In this document: one piece after another, positions 1 through 11,700 of the stretch
How positions within the stretch are numbered: position 1 is the first letter of the stretch
Layout of the letters: the number at the start of each line of letters is the position of its first letter
IMG/VR virus record: IMGVR_UViG_3300032073_000007
Location: 32,001-96,000 of that record
Strand: one strand, 5' to 3'
Length of the DNA: 64,000 bases
Source of the DNA: a virus
Translations under genes and position numbers: made by a program
The notes under the pieces: model-generated
Told to the model about the DNA's origin: nothing
Seen by the model: only the letters and a program-made list of their open reading frames with translations
Database searches by the model: none

Positions 1-1
1 G

Positions 2-772
2 ATGAGTGATAAAAAAATTTACGGGCCTGATGTTTACAAGCGAAACGAGCATGGATTGCTTGGGAATGCAGACTACGAATTTAATGAAGATGGTTCCGTT
101 AACTGGCGAGCCATGATTAAGGAGGAATTCCTCTATCCTAATAAGGATTGGTTTGCCTCAAGAAAAAAAGACGTTCCAAGTTCTGTGGAGGGTCTCTCTG
201 ATAAGCAGCTTTTAATCATGCTAGGAGGCATTAAGGAGTTGGCTCGACTCAGAGGATTTGAGAGTGTTTCATTCAGAACTGATCACATTAGTGATAATTA
301 TGTTGTAGCTAATTGTGAAATTGCTTGGTCTCCTAATTACGAAAGCAACAATCAAGGTGTTGTTTACCAAGATGTCGCAAATGCGACACTGCAAAATACA
401 GACGCTTTTTGTGCTAAATTTCTAGAAACAATTGCTTGTAACCGAGCTTTTGTTCGTTGTGTTCGTAACTATCTGAATATCCACATTGTAGGAGCAGATG
501 AGATTGATAAGTCAAAAGGAGCCAATAATTCAAATACTGTGGAATATGATGCTTCTAGCGACTCTGCCATGCTCCCATTAACGCCCGCAGGGACGCTTCA
601 GAAGGCTTTGTCTGAAGAATTGGGAGTGAAGACCTTTGAAGATTTCAAAGCTCTTCTCAGGACGTTCTGGAAGCAAGAGAAATACAGGAATGAGGAAGCC
701 GCAAATTGGGAGTCTTATGGAGATATTCCACCTAAAGATTGCAGAAAACTCATACTAATCTGCAAATCATAA
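2..772 (+). CDS. Conserved phage protein, possibly a Rad52/Sak-like ssDNA-annealing protein
   Basis: 256-aa ORF; LGGIKELA ... LETIACNRAFVRCVRNYLNIHIVGADEI resembles the helix motif of Rad52-like annealing proteins (pattern recall only). Confidence 0.4.
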   Translation: MSDKKIYGPDVYKRNEHGLLGNADYEFNEDGSVNWRAMIKEEFLYPNKDWFASRKKDVPSSVEGLSDKQLLIMLGGIKELARLRGFESVSFRTDHISDNYVVANCEIAWSPNYESNNQGVVYQDVANATLQNTDAFCAKFLETIACNRAFVRCVRNYLNIHIVGADEIDKSKGANNSNTVEYDASSDSAMLPLTPAGTLQKALSEELGVKTFEDFKALLRTFWKQEKYRNEEAANWESYGDIPPKDCRKLILICKS

Positions 773-3286
773 TTTAAAGAAGTTTCTCTGAGAAGCATTA
801 AACGTAGACGGTATATTCCCTTTCCTTGCATTTGTATTTCCAAAGGAATCTATGGAGAATGTCTGATCTGGTGGTATAAGTGATAATGTAGACTCACCAA
901 TTGTAGTCGTTATTCCTCCAGAACCTACTGAAATAGACAAAGAATTTATTGTTGGAGTAAATCTAGGTATATGTAATCCGTATAAAGTTCTTGAAGATGA
1001 AGCTGGACGAATGTTTGGATTAACAAGAGACCCTTTGATCTGTTTCAATTTCTCCATCTCTATAGTGCTACCACTAGCCGACGATAAAGTTAATTTGTTC
1101 GTCCTGTCATAAGGTGGAGAATCTACCTTGTAAGATTTAAACTCTACCTTGTCGAAAAGCTCGTTAAGTTGCTGTTGAGCGTCACTTGACTCTGCTACTG
1201 CATCGTCCTCTTTTTCTTCATCGTCTTCCTCTACATCATTAACTCTAGTTTTACTTCTAATATATTTCAATTTTATTGATTTTTTACCAACAATTGCCTT
1301 CTTGTATTTTTTAAATGATTTTTCTGCCAAATCATATACACCGTCAAAAACATTCCCCACCTCGTCGGTAGCTCCTCCAATGAAAAATTGTCTCTTCCTG
1401 TTTGAAGGTTCAAAAAATTCTAGATTTTCTTGAAGAGGGGCATAATTAAGAGGCTGATCCTCTTCATCTCCATCTTCTCCAGCATTTTTCTTTTCAAGTG
1501 AGGGTATATTTCTTATGCCTATAAAAAAGTGAGCTTTTTCTTTTGATCTAGATATTTTAGCGTCACCATTAGTGGATTCTGCTAAATCCATGATAGTAAC
1601 CTCTGTTTGTGGATTAGGGTTATCTTTATCCTCTTTTGATTTAGTAAGAAGTTGTAGCCAATCATTCAACATAGACAAATCATCAATTTCTCTTACTTTT
1701 TTATCTCCTCTGAATGGTCCTAATACAGTCATGTTTCCAGTGTTTTGGAAACTCATTCTTGCTGTTTTATAATCACTGTAAGCATTAGTAATATAAACTC
1801 CTCCTGCAAGTGGGAAGTATGTATTCAAATATTCATAAAGCGGGCTGCCAGAGGGTCTAGGCATTATTTTAGCTCTACCTGTTTGCTTGCCCTCGTCATT
1901 AGTTGGTTTATATTTTAGTAATTTATATACAAATTCATCAGTAATTCTGTCTAATTTTGGCAACTCAGTTGGATTGTCTTCATTTGTTTCTTTTGCATTA
2001 GCCTCGCCATATAAAAAGGGTTTGTTGTCTCCAGCCCCACTCCAATGCCAAGTCTGAGTATTAAAGGGAGAGTAATCGTATAACTTTTTAAAATCTAATA
2101 TTCTACCAAGTCTTTTTTCGTTTGGAGCCTCACCGTTTTTTGGCTTGACATTTCCGTGCATCAAAATATATGTAAATTTATCAAAAACATCAGTGCCTTC
2201 ATTTTGATTGAATATTCCAAAGAATATGCCCATTTCTGGATAACCTAACATTTCCTTGAAAACATCAGTTTTTCTAAATGGTATTCTTTTGAAGAAAACT
2301 GGTTTTGGTCTATCATCATTTTCATTTGATCTGTCTGAATTGTCTTGTGGCTTCTCAGTGGTCCCCACATATGTATTCACAATCAAATTAGATCTTTGAC
2401 TTTTAGTAAATGATGCAGATATAATATTTTCACTTGAACTATTAGTATAATCTCTAATTTGTAAAGTTGAAGCTTCTTGAGAATTAATAAACCTAATTGA
2501 ATATGTCGATGGGTCTATATACCAATAATAGCCTAAGTAGGAGGCTACAGTTCCAATGACGCTTGCTAAAGTTCCTGTCGCTTCAAATATTATACTGTTA
2601 GTAGCTTCAGTTTGAGGCAACCCAATTATAGGGATACCTGCTAATCGAACAATATCTCCAAATTCTTTTAAAGTATAACCTCCTCGGAAGTTATATTGAG
2701 ATAAATCAGGATTGTTTCTATACTCTGTGGTAACAGAACCTAAATTTAAAGATAAATCTTCTATTGGTTGCCCTCTCTTATTATAATACAAAGATATTTT
2801 TGTGCCATCAAACTTCGCCGCTGTTTCAAAATTGTAAATCTTCCCTGCTTTAATAATAGATCCCTCTCTTTGAGGCCCAACAGAGGGGAAGGGTTCTAAA
2901 CCCCTAATGTTTGGAGCGTTGATAACTTCGGCAAATGGTGCAAACGGTCCATTAAAATTTAAAGTATTATCTGGAGGACAATTCACTCCCCTCACTAATA
3001 CGATAATAGATTCTAAAATCAAACTTACTTTGTCAATATATTTCCTGCTGATTGTTTTCTTTGTAGGATCTGCATTTGTAGTAATTTCTGTGCATACATA
3101 GTTATTCATTAAAGATTGTAATTCATCATTAGAGAAAGAATTTATTTCTCCAAGATTTCCTATTACAATTCCTAACCCTTTAGATGAATCTAGATTTTTA
3201 GCGTCTACAATAGAGGTTACCGATGCACTGTGACCTCCACCTGCATTAGTAAAATTTAAATCTAGTTTTGTAATTGATTCCCTCAT
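767..3286 (-). CDS. Putative tail-tip/baseplate hub protein
   Basis: 839 aa, last gene of the structural operon downstream of the tape measure; YYWYID...IRFI segment resembles hub proteins. Confidence 0.5.
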   Translation of the reverse strand: MRESITKLDLNFTNAGGGHSASVTSIVDAKNLDSSKGLGIVIGNLGEINSFSNDELQSLMNNYVCTEITTNADPTKKTISRKYIDKVSLILESIIVLVRGVNCPPDNTLNFNGPFAPFAEVINAPNIRGLEPFPSVGPQREGSIIKAGKIYNFETAAKFDGTKISLYYNKRGQPIEDLSLNLGSVTTEYRNNPDLSQYNFRGGYTLKEFGDIVRLAGIPIIGLPQTEATNSIIFEATGTLASVIGTVASYLGYYWYIDPSTYSIRFINSQEASTLQIRDYTNSSSENIISASFTKSQRSNLIVNTYVGTTEKPQDNSDRSNENDDRPKPVFFKRIPFRKTDVFKEMLGYPEMGIFFGIFNQNEGTDVFDKFTYILMHGNVKPKNGEAPNEKRLGRILDFKKLYDYSPFNTQTWHWSGAGDNKPFLYGEANAKETNEDNPTELPKLDRITDEFVYKLLKYKPTNDEGKQTGRAKIMPRPSGSPLYEYLNTYFPLAGGVYITNAYSDYKTARMSFQNTGNMTVLGPFRGDKKVREIDDLSMLNDWLQLLTKSKEDKDNPNPQTEVTIMDLAESTNGDAKISRSKEKAHFFIGIRNIPSLEKKNAGEDGDEEDQPLNYAPLQENLEFFEPSNRKRQFFIGGATDEVGNVFDGVYDLAEKSFKKYKKAIVGKKSIKLKYIRSKTRVNDVEEDDEEKEDDAVAESSDAQQQLNELFDKVEFKSYKVDSPPYDRTNKLTLSSASGSTIEMEKLKQIKGSLVNPNIRPASSSRTLYGLHIPRFTPTINSLSISVGSGGITTTIGESTLSLIPPDQTFSIDSFGNTNARKGNIPSTFNASQRNFFKL

Positions 3287-4170
3287 AAAATAAATTGTTC
3301 TATGGAGTTTTCACCCCCCACAACATATGGTTCAAAACCAGAGCTTGGCAGTGTAGCAGAAGCACCTGATTTAATAATTCTTACACCTGAATATAGCTCT
3401 AAATAATTAGATTGAAGCTCTTCGACTCCATTTATGTAAAAATTCGTTCTTTTCTCGATAAATTTCTGTCCTTGCATATCTGGAGAAACACCAGTAGCTG
3501 ACAGTGTATTTTTACTCTTTCTACTCGCAGTGTATTTAAAAAATGTCTTTCTTTCATCTATAACTACTCCATTTACATTTGCAGCAGTGCTAAAACTTGG
3601 TTGAAACCCAGTCGCGGTCAACCCCGCGAATTCTGACCCTAGAAAAACACCAACTCCCTGCCCAGAGTAAACTTTCTGACCATTTAAAAAGTAATCAAAA
3701 TCTGAAAAGACATTCAATCGTCCTCGACTATTTGTGATTCCAGTTTTTAGACTTCTTCCGAAATCTTTCTCTCCTGCAAAAATACCGCCAGTAACGATAT
3801 TATATACAATAGTTGATGTAGCTTTAGCGGGAGTTGTGGCATCAAAATTTATAGTAGTTCTTTCTAGAATTGGAGCAGATTCTTTTTTTGTAAAGAAATC
3901 TCCTGTAAATATCTGATAGATACTTTGATTTATTGTTTGCGTTTCTTGCGGGATCTCTTGTTGAAGAGTTTGCCCGTTCAGCGATAATCTTATAGAACTT
4001 CTTTCTGTGTTAAAATCCAACCCTGTTGTTAAATCCCTATCATAGTAAAACTCACTAGCTGTATTGATAGCGACAACATTCCTTTTCTCAACAATATCTG
4101 ACCCCATATCAGGAGAAGAACACCCTGATATAGATACCCGACCTGTTGTTACAACACTCTCGTAAATCAT
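3283..4170 (-). CDS. Putative virion tail protein
   Basis: 295 aa, Thr/Gly/Ser-rich with repeated LNGQ/INGV motifs; overlaps its neighbours in the tail module. Confidence 0.5.
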   Translation of the reverse strand: MIYESVVTTGRVSISGCSSPDMGSDIVEKRNVVAINTASEFYYDRDLTTGLDFNTERSSIRLSLNGQTLQQEIPQETQTINQSIYQIFTGDFFTKKESAPILERTTINFDATTPAKATSTIVYNIVTGGIFAGEKDFGRSLKTGITNSRGRLNVFSDFDYFLNGQKVYSGQGVGVFLGSEFAGLTATGFQPSFSTAANVNGVVIDERKTFFKYTASRKSKNTLSATGVSPDMQGQKFIEKRTNFYINGVEELQSNYLELYSGVRIIKSGASATLPSSGFEPYVVGGENSIEQFIL

Positions 4171-5564
4171 AATCTTTCTCCTAAGTAATAAATATAATCC
4201 TTCTTAAACAATTCTGACTCTGCACTCATTTCCACGCCAGAACTTATAAACACTTCTCCGTCTATTATATCTTCATAAATAGGCTGTTGAATGACACCAC
4301 TAACTTCTTCTAAAATACCAGTTTGTATTCTTGAACCAAAAAGTTTCACAAGAACTTTCTGAGCGCCAGAGATAGCTTGCTCTTCTATGTATTCACCGAC
4401 TGCTCCTTCAACATTTTGCAGACCAAGCGTATCAAAAGCCCCTTCTCCAGTAGGTAAATATTGATAACCAGAATCTCCCTTTAAAAATCCTACCTCTTGT
4501 TTAGAAAATGTTTTTATTCCACTTTCAATAAAAGCATTATACTCAAAATATCTATCTCCTTCTCCTGTATTTGTATTGGTATCAAAACTTATTCCTCCTG
4601 ATAACATATATCTGGCAGTAGATATTTCAATACTACCCGTATGTTGATAATCATAACCAGTTATACCTGTTTTAAATGTTGTTATTTGATTATATCCAGT
4701 AATTCTTCTTGAAGATATATCAGTAGAACTTGACTCAAAGTAATCACCAATTAATCCACTGGATATTGTGAACACTGAACTTTGAGGTAAAAAACCAGAA
4801 AATAATGCAAATGATTTTAAGTTAACCTTTGAAGTCACATATTCTCCTGAAGCTCCATCTGGCCCTGTTCTAAAATATTCATTAGATCCTCCTAAATAAA
4901 ATCTACTGGTATTAGCAATAAATTCTGTATCTATAGAAAAGTCTTCGGAATCTATTGAGTTGTTTAAGACATCTACTCTACTTAAAGATAAATTATTATT
5001 TCCTAAAGAAAAACTGACAATATTTCTACGAGACAATTCTATAGAATTTGCTGTGTGGATAAAATCTCCACCCTTATCAAAACCTTGATAAAACAACTTC
5101 CCTCTATCATTTATCCCAAAGTTATAACCGCTTGCCCCTGATACCACTTCTGAGTTTATTGTCTCAGATCCTTTACCCAAGGAACCAAATAAAACACAGT
5201 TTGTTACAGCCTCATTAAATTCAAAATCAAAAATAACCGATTGATTGGAATACGGCAAATTACTAGTTCCTGTTACTTTTATATTAGATAAATTTAAATG
5301 AGCCTTATCATCTTTTAAAAATGTTCCTGTAGTATATTTTTTAGCATCAGCACTGCTTCCCCCAAAGCCAACAACAACTCCGCTATAAATACCTGTATTT
5401 GATGCTGGATCACAATTTTCTATAACTCCATAATTAATAGAAGAACTAAGGCTATCAATACCGATGTGCCTTCCGCTCATTCCAGAAAAATCATAAAACA
5501 CTAAAAGCCTATCGGTTTTCCCAAGAGCTTCTATTGTGGAGTATTCTAATGCGTTCCGACTCAT
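4167..5564 (-). CDS. Putative tail protein with a LamG/ConA-like beta-sandwich
   Basis: 465 aa; LLVFYDFS, YNFGINDRGKLFY and FYLGGS patterns; tail-module context. Confidence 0.5.
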   Translation of the reverse strand: MSRNALEYSTIEALGKTDRLLVFYDFSGMSGRHIGIDSLSSSINYGVIENCDPASNTGIYSGVVVGFGGSSADAKKYTTGTFLKDDKAHLNLSNIKVTGTSNLPYSNQSVIFDFEFNEAVTNCVLFGSLGKGSETINSEVVSGASGYNFGINDRGKLFYQGFDKGGDFIHTANSIELSRRNIVSFSLGNNNLSLSRVDVLNNSIDSEDFSIDTEFIANTSRFYLGGSNEYFRTGPDGASGEYVTSKVNLKSFALFSGFLPQSSVFTISSGLIGDYFESSSTDISSRRITGYNQITTFKTGITGYDYQHTGSIEISTARYMLSGGISFDTNTNTGEGDRYFEYNAFIESGIKTFSKQEVGFLKGDSGYQYLPTGEGAFDTLGLQNVEGAVGEYIEEQAISGAQKVLVKLFGSRIQTGILEEVSGVIQQPIYEDIIDGEVFISSGVEMSAESELFKKDYIYYLGERL

Positions 5565-5565
5565 A

Positions 5566-7167
5566 CTAGTAATATCTACTCATGTTAAATGATAATGTAT
5601 TCTCATTTACACTACTACTTTCTGCAAATGTAAATACTCCTGTTAAATGCCCACTCACAACATCTTTTAATTGTGGCAAGCTACCTGTCTCTGCCTCGCA
5701 AGTAGCGTTGACTGTTATTTCTCCAGCCGTTCTTTCTATTAACTTTTGTTTAGCAAATCCCCCAAGACTGGGAACAATACCACTTAGTTCTATGGGTTTT
5801 TTATCTGATATTGAAACTTTAAGCCCAGTCAAAGTTCCAGCAGAAATATCTATCCTATTATCAAAAGATAAAGAATAAGAAATAGAACTATTCTGAGGAT
5901 CTTTATTTATACTTTTATTTATTTCAACAGGATTTAAATAATCTCCACTTATGTGGTAACCTGTGGCATCTCCAGTAAAATCTTGTAGTGCTTCAATAGC
6001 TAAATTTAAAAAACCAGAATCGTCTTGGACACCGCTGAAAAAACTATCGACCTCTAGAAAGCGCTGCCCTGTTGCTGGGTCTCCTGTGGGAATAATGTTA
6101 AACGGATTATTATATTCAATGTTCCCATTAACAGCAACTGTTATCTTTGAATTATCTTTTGATGCAGATACACTAGCAGATTTTTTGTGAATGACATTTC
6201 CTATTTGATCTAAATTTTCAGGGTCATCAAACGTAAAAGCAAAATCAATTTTATTTGATCCTGTATCAACTTTATAATTAACAGAAGAGGGCTTTCTTGC
6301 GCTAAATGTATAGGCTCCACTTTCATAATCAGATAAAGATGACACAACAGCATTTACGGCTATACCAGATGCCATATCTGCTGTGATCACTCCTGTGTCC
6401 AGCATCCCTACCCCATCTTTTCCAGCCAACATTGATCCTTGGACAGAAACATTCACCCCAACACTTAATCCTCCATTTTTATCAAATGATATTTGCGTAT
6501 TAGATGTAGTAATTCCAGAATCTGTTATAGGATTTTCACTAGTGTTATATTTATAAGTTTCTGTGATAGAGTAAGAATTTGCTTTTCGATCAATGCTTTC
6601 ATTTTTACTTACTAAAAATCCAGTCGCCCCAGTTTGAAACAAACTTAAGTTATAATAACCAGTGACTCTAGAATCAACAAAGTTTTTAGCATTTACTAAT
6701 GCCGCTGAAGAATTAGCCTTTACGCCCACTGCTGATACATTGTGTGTTGCTTGAGTTATTTTTCCTTGTTCTTCGTTGAAGCTCCAGTTGTCAACAGGAT
6801 TTGTTATGCCAAAAAATTTTGAAAAAGATCTATCTGTGTAAGAAGTTAAAGAAACAGAGTAGGGTAAAACCGTAGTTAAATCTGAATCATCAAATGTTAT
6901 TGAATTTGGTTTCGAAAAAGCGAATCCTGTAGTTGATGACCCATGAGTGATCGACAGAGTTTGAAAATCTGGGAGTAGACCACTTATCATTTGCATTTTT
7001 TGCAAGTGCAAGCCACTTAAATCTACCCCAGTTAAAGTGCCGATTAAATTTATATTTTCTAAAAAATGATCTACCTTTCCTTGTATGTAGACAGGTTCAA
7101 CAGACTGCCCAACCAAAGGAGTAGGACTAGGAAAGTTATAAGAACCATATGTAATTGCTTCACTCAT
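5566..7167 (-). CDS. Putative tail-tip protein
   Basis: Beta-rich ORF; likely start at ATG 7167 (MSEAIT), overlapping the upstream stop. Confidence 0.5.
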   Translation of the reverse strand: MSEAITYGSYNFPSPTPLVGQSVEPVYIQGKVDHFLENINLIGTLTGVDLSGLHLQKMQMISGLLPDFQTLSITHGSSTTGFAFSKPNSITFDDSDLTTVLPYSVSLTSYTDRSFSKFFGITNPVDNWSFNEEQGKITQATHNVSAVGVKANSSAALVNAKNFVDSRVTGYYNLSLFQTGATGFLVSKNESIDRKANSYSITETYKYNTSENPITDSGITTSNTQISFDKNGGLSVGVNVSVQGSMLAGKDGVGMLDTGVITADMASGIAVNAVVSSLSDYESGAYTFSARKPSSVNYKVDTGSNKIDFAFTFDDPENLDQIGNVIHKKSASVSASKDNSKITVAVNGNIEYNNPFNIIPTGDPATGQRFLEVDSFFSGVQDDSGFLNLAIEALQDFTGDATGYHISGDYLNPVEINKSINKDPQNSSISYSLSFDNRIDISAGTLTGLKVSISDKKPIELSGIVPSLGGFAKQKLIERTAGEITVNATCEAETGSLPQLKDVVSGHLTGVFTFAESSSVNENTLSFNMSRYY

Positions 7168-8707
7168 CTTTAAGAAATAAATAGTTGATAGTTCTTGTTG
7201 CTTGACCTTCTCCAAGATTTAAAGTTATTGAATCAGATGTAATATGTGTGATATCTTCATTCACTAATTCTGTTAACTCTTCCGTCTTTTCTTCTAATAT
7301 TGTTTTTGCTTGATAAATACCTGCACTTTGACTAACTACTGCCTGTGCAGACACACTAGCATTACCAACTGTTTTTAAATTTTTTGTTACAACTTGTTCT
7401 TTTAGGTTTTGTAAATCTAAAAATTTCTCAATTCTATTGATTTGATGTGTTTTATTCAATGTTTTTTTTAATTTTAAAACGCCATCGTCGTTATCTTTAT
7501 AAGAATCGTCTGTTGTGAACATAATAGTTTCAGAAATATTACCTTCTGATTTAGCAAAGTTCGTGTTCCTAGATTTTTCATAGATAGGAACAGTAGGATG
7601 AAAAAGTCTAGCAATCCTAGTTTCTTGGAAAGGTTGTTCTCTAATCCAAACAGCTTTTGCATTAACAAATTTTTCTTTATTATTTTTTCCTAAAGAATTA
7701 TATCGGATATTTAAAGTATATTCTTTAAATTTACCAGCTTTAGTCTCTGCCCCAGTGTAAGATATTATTTCATCTTGAGATGATGGGTCTGTAGTAAATT
7801 TTACAGTTAAAGTTGCGGTATATCCATCTCTAGATATGCCCTTAGAAATAGAAGAGGGAGAACCAAATTCACTAGCTTCACTCGCTTTTAGTTCATCTAT
7901 TATTTCCCCAATAGCTGTATTTAAAACATTCTCAGAATCCTGTCTTAAAGCAGATAATTGTATATTAAAAGTTTTATTAACAAAACCTTGTTTAGTTATA
8001 TCTATAGATTGAGTTTCTTTTCTCCCGACATTTTTTGCGGTATCTACAAAAGAAGTAGAAACATCTTCATTTAATTCTACAGATAAACCAATTAGATCAT
8101 AAGTTTCACTAATAAGTCCTCGAAACTTGTCATCTAACCTCGCATTTTCTGAAATACCATCTTCTTGATATCCAAAGTCAGGTCTATTTGCAAAATAGTA
8201 ATTCGTTAAAAATACTTTTGCGTCATTTAAAAATTGATCTCCCGCTTCTTGCTTATATGTGAGACCTATTTTTCTTTTTGAAGTGTATTCTCCTCCAGAT
8301 CTACTAAAATCATAAGACTCTGAAAAATCTTCAACTAATTGAGGGTTAGGTATATATCTTGTGAAAGATGTATTAGAATAATCATCTAATCTTCTGGATT
8401 CTTCTATTGTTATTGTTACAACTTCAGAACCAACTAAAGCTCCAGCTTCAAAATCAAAAGATTGTATTCTTCCATTGATGTAATCATCTGCGCCAATACG
8501 AGCTACTATATTTTCTCTACCGTAAGCGTGAACTATTGCGTCTCTTCCTTCTATTAGAACTGTATCATGATCTACTATGTTGATATCTGAAATATCAATC
8601 TGATAAGTTCCTACTACTTCATAGCCAAATAGTTCTTCTTCAGTTGCATAACTGTAAGTTATATTAACCGATGAAGATAATACATTGTTGACTATTAAAG
8701 CTGCCAT
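7160..8707 (-). CDS. Putative distal tail protein
   Basis: 515 aa, immediately downstream of the tape measure gene. Confidence 0.5.
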   Translation of the reverse strand: MAALIVNNVLSSSVNITYSYATEEELFGYEVVGTYQIDISDINIVDHDTVLIEGRDAIVHAYGRENIVARIGADDYINGRIQSFDFEAGALVGSEVVTITIEESRRLDDYSNTSFTRYIPNPQLVEDFSESYDFSRSGGEYTSKRKIGLTYKQEAGDQFLNDAKVFLTNYYFANRPDFGYQEDGISENARLDDKFRGLISETYDLIGLSVELNEDVSTSFVDTAKNVGRKETQSIDITKQGFVNKTFNIQLSALRQDSENVLNTAIGEIIDELKASEASEFGSPSSISKGISRDGYTATLTVKFTTDPSSQDEIISYTGAETKAGKFKEYTLNIRYNSLGKNNKEKFVNAKAVWIREQPFQETRIARLFHPTVPIYEKSRNTNFAKSEGNISETIMFTTDDSYKDNDDGVLKLKKTLNKTHQINRIEKFLDLQNLKEQVVTKNLKTVGNASVSAQAVVSQSAGIYQAKTILEEKTEELTELVNEDITHITSDSITLNLGEGQATRTINYLFLKDE

Positions 8708-8709
8708 TG

Positions 8710-11700
8710 TTAACTTCCTTGTGCGCTTTCTATTTTGGCTTTAGCATCTAAGATCGTATCCTGCGCCTGTCTAACTACCTTCTCAGCATCTAGTAAAACT
8801 TGTGTGTTTTGCTCTATTAAATCTGCAACTTTTTTTGTTTCTTCAGCATCCTTTTTTATAAGATCGCCAAAATTACCTAGACCAGTAGTAGCATTAACCA
8901 TACTTTGATACATGTTTTTCATTTCTACCGCTAGATTTTTAGTATCTTCTTCGGTGAATAAGCCCGCCAAGTTATCGTTTGCGATTTTGAGTCTGTCTTT
9001 TAAGCTTTTTGCTTCATCATCAAGTTGTTTGACTCCATCACTTACGTCTACACCTGCGTCTTTGTAGAATCCTTTAGTTCCTCCCTTGACTTCATTACCA
9101 ATTACTCCTACAAGTCTTTTACCTTCTGCTGATTTCGCTGACGCTCCGATTCCTGCTTCTAAGGTAGTTTGAAGAACTTTTGCGAGTTTCTCTGCCCCAA
9201 TGCTAGGATCGAATTGTTGTATTAAGTCTCCTATCTTAACTCCGAGACCCTGATCATCGAACTCAGACATTAGTTGACCTAACTTTTCAGGGTCCATTCC
9301 TGCTCCTTTATTTATTTCGTTTACGATTTCTGAAACTTGTTGTCCCATAAAGTCCATGTCTAAAGCTTCTCCTCCGAAGACGGTTGCTATTTTATCTGAT
9401 GCTGCTTGAATAGATGACTGCATCAGAGCCGCTCTAGCTTCTGCGTTTTTCCTCTGTGCTGCTTCTATCTCATTGATTGTCTTTTGGAACCCTATATAAG
9501 CTTTCTTTACATTTAATTCAAAATTATCTGAGGCTTTATCTAGAGCTATAGCGCTATCTCCTGCTGCTTCATTAAACGCTTTGGCATCTGCGATAAGATC
9601 TTCACTTTCTCCAGAGACATCCTCTCCAGTTCTAAGTTTCTCTGCCACTCCCTTAACTCCTTCTGCTGTAAATCTAGAGTTCGCTAGAACATTTTTGCCA
9701 GCCATTCCTGCTTGATTTTCGGCTGCTGAAACCGCTGCTCTATCTGCTTGGATGCTCGCCATAGTTTCAGCTTGACTTGCTCTTAATACGTTTGTCTTTT
9801 GGTTAAATCCAAATTCGTCTCCTGTTCCCTTCCCAGTAGGAGTAATCCCCGCCATCATGCTACCTAACTGTGCATTTTGAAGATTTTTACTTGCTGCCGC
9901 TAAGAGTTTTTTATTTGAGTCAATTACTTTTGCATGTGATGCAGCTAATGCTTCCTGCGCTGCTGCCAGTTTTTTGTTGGCTTGTTTTATTATTTTCTCT
10001 CTACCTCGTTGGTCTTCAAGTTGACGGCCATTAAGTTTCGCTCCTTTATTTACTACAAATTCTAGCTTTTGATTTGCTGAATTAAGATTCTTATAAGCAA
10101 TCTCTAATTCTTCAGCGGAAATTTTACCGTTTTTTTGTTGCCGTTGTGCCAAAGATAGCTCTAAACCATATCTATCTATATTCTCTTGTGCCTCTACTAG
10201 ACTTTGAACAAACTCTGGAGTGGCGTTACCCGTCTCTCTCATTCTTTCATCAAATAGATCTAGTGCTGCATCGCGTCTTTGTTTGCCATCTTTAGTATCA
10301 TCTGTTAAATTTTCCCCAAAACCTGCTTTCTCAAGAATTTTTGGGAGTTGCATGTCTGTGTTTTTTCTGGCAAGCTCAACAGGACTTAGATCTTTCTCTA
10401 ACTCCTCTTGTGTCATTTTCCCACCAGCGATGGCTTCACCCGCTGCTGATCCTGCCATACCACCAGCCGCTCCGAGTAACGCTCCAGCGACTAAACCTAT
10501 AGCCGTTCCAAAAACAGGAACAATAGATCCTATAGCGGCTCCTGCCGCTGCTCCTGCTAATGCTCCACCAGCACTTCCAACGATTTTCCCCGTATTTCTC
10601 TTCCTCTCTTCTTCTCCAATATCTGATCTATTAGCATTACGATTAAGCTCGAAACCAGCACCCCCAACTGTTAAAGCTGTTCCAATAAGACCCAACCCTT
10701 TTGGGCTTTTGGCAAACTTTCCAATTCTACCCCCGATTCCTTGTTTTGCATTTTGGGCTGCGGCAAATGCCCCCGCTTGAGTTCTAACTCCTCCTACTTT
10801 TTTATTATTAGCTAATGAAGCTTGGGCGCGAGCCGAACCCTTTCCCTCTCCTCCTCCTCCTCCAAAAGTTCCAAGAATTGCAAAAGTTGAGGCGACACCC
10901 GCGAATTTATCTAATGAGCCAGCCGCTCTTTCAAGTAATGATCTTTCTGCAATTCGATTTTGGGTAGTTCTTTTCATCTCCAAAATCTCTTGCGCTCTCA
11001 AAGTAACAGATTCTTTTATTTTGCCGTTTTCTTCATCTAAAAGAAGTTTTGTATTTATTCTCTCATCTAAATTAGCTTGCATGGCCGCATGTTGTTGCTC
11101 CATGCTTGCTGTGACCATCCCACTAACAGCACTTAAAGCGAAAAGACCAGTAGTCGCTTTCCCCATTTTATTTTCCATGCCCCCAAGACCCTTGGCTACT
11201 GATTTTGTCTTGGTATCAAGCTTGCTTAATCCTTTTTTAAATGTTGGGAAAAGTTTTGTCAAAGCTGCTCCAACATTATAATTGGGAACAAATCCACCAG
11301 CAAACATCCCAACACCATCACGCTCTCGCTTTATAGCATCTTGTAAACCATTGGGTTCATCTCTTAAATTAGTTACTGCAACAGGCTCACCTTTATCATC
11401 TTTGTGAACTCTCATCAGAGAAGTAGGAACTCCACCTCTTTTTGTGAAGTTTGGTATAAACCCTCTAGCCTTCCCTTTAGCTTTTTTCTTTTTGTTTGCT
11501 TCTCTATGGCGAGCCATATCATCAGCATAATTTGGATTATGCCTTAATATTTTACCAACAAAACTATCAACAGTATCTTGAGTAGCTCCAACTTTCATAT
11601 CTGCAAAAGATATGCTTGGAGGACTACGAAATATTTGACTTACCTCACCGTTCCCTACAGTGTTCAACTGTCTGACATCCCAGTCTGCGCCACCTTTTGC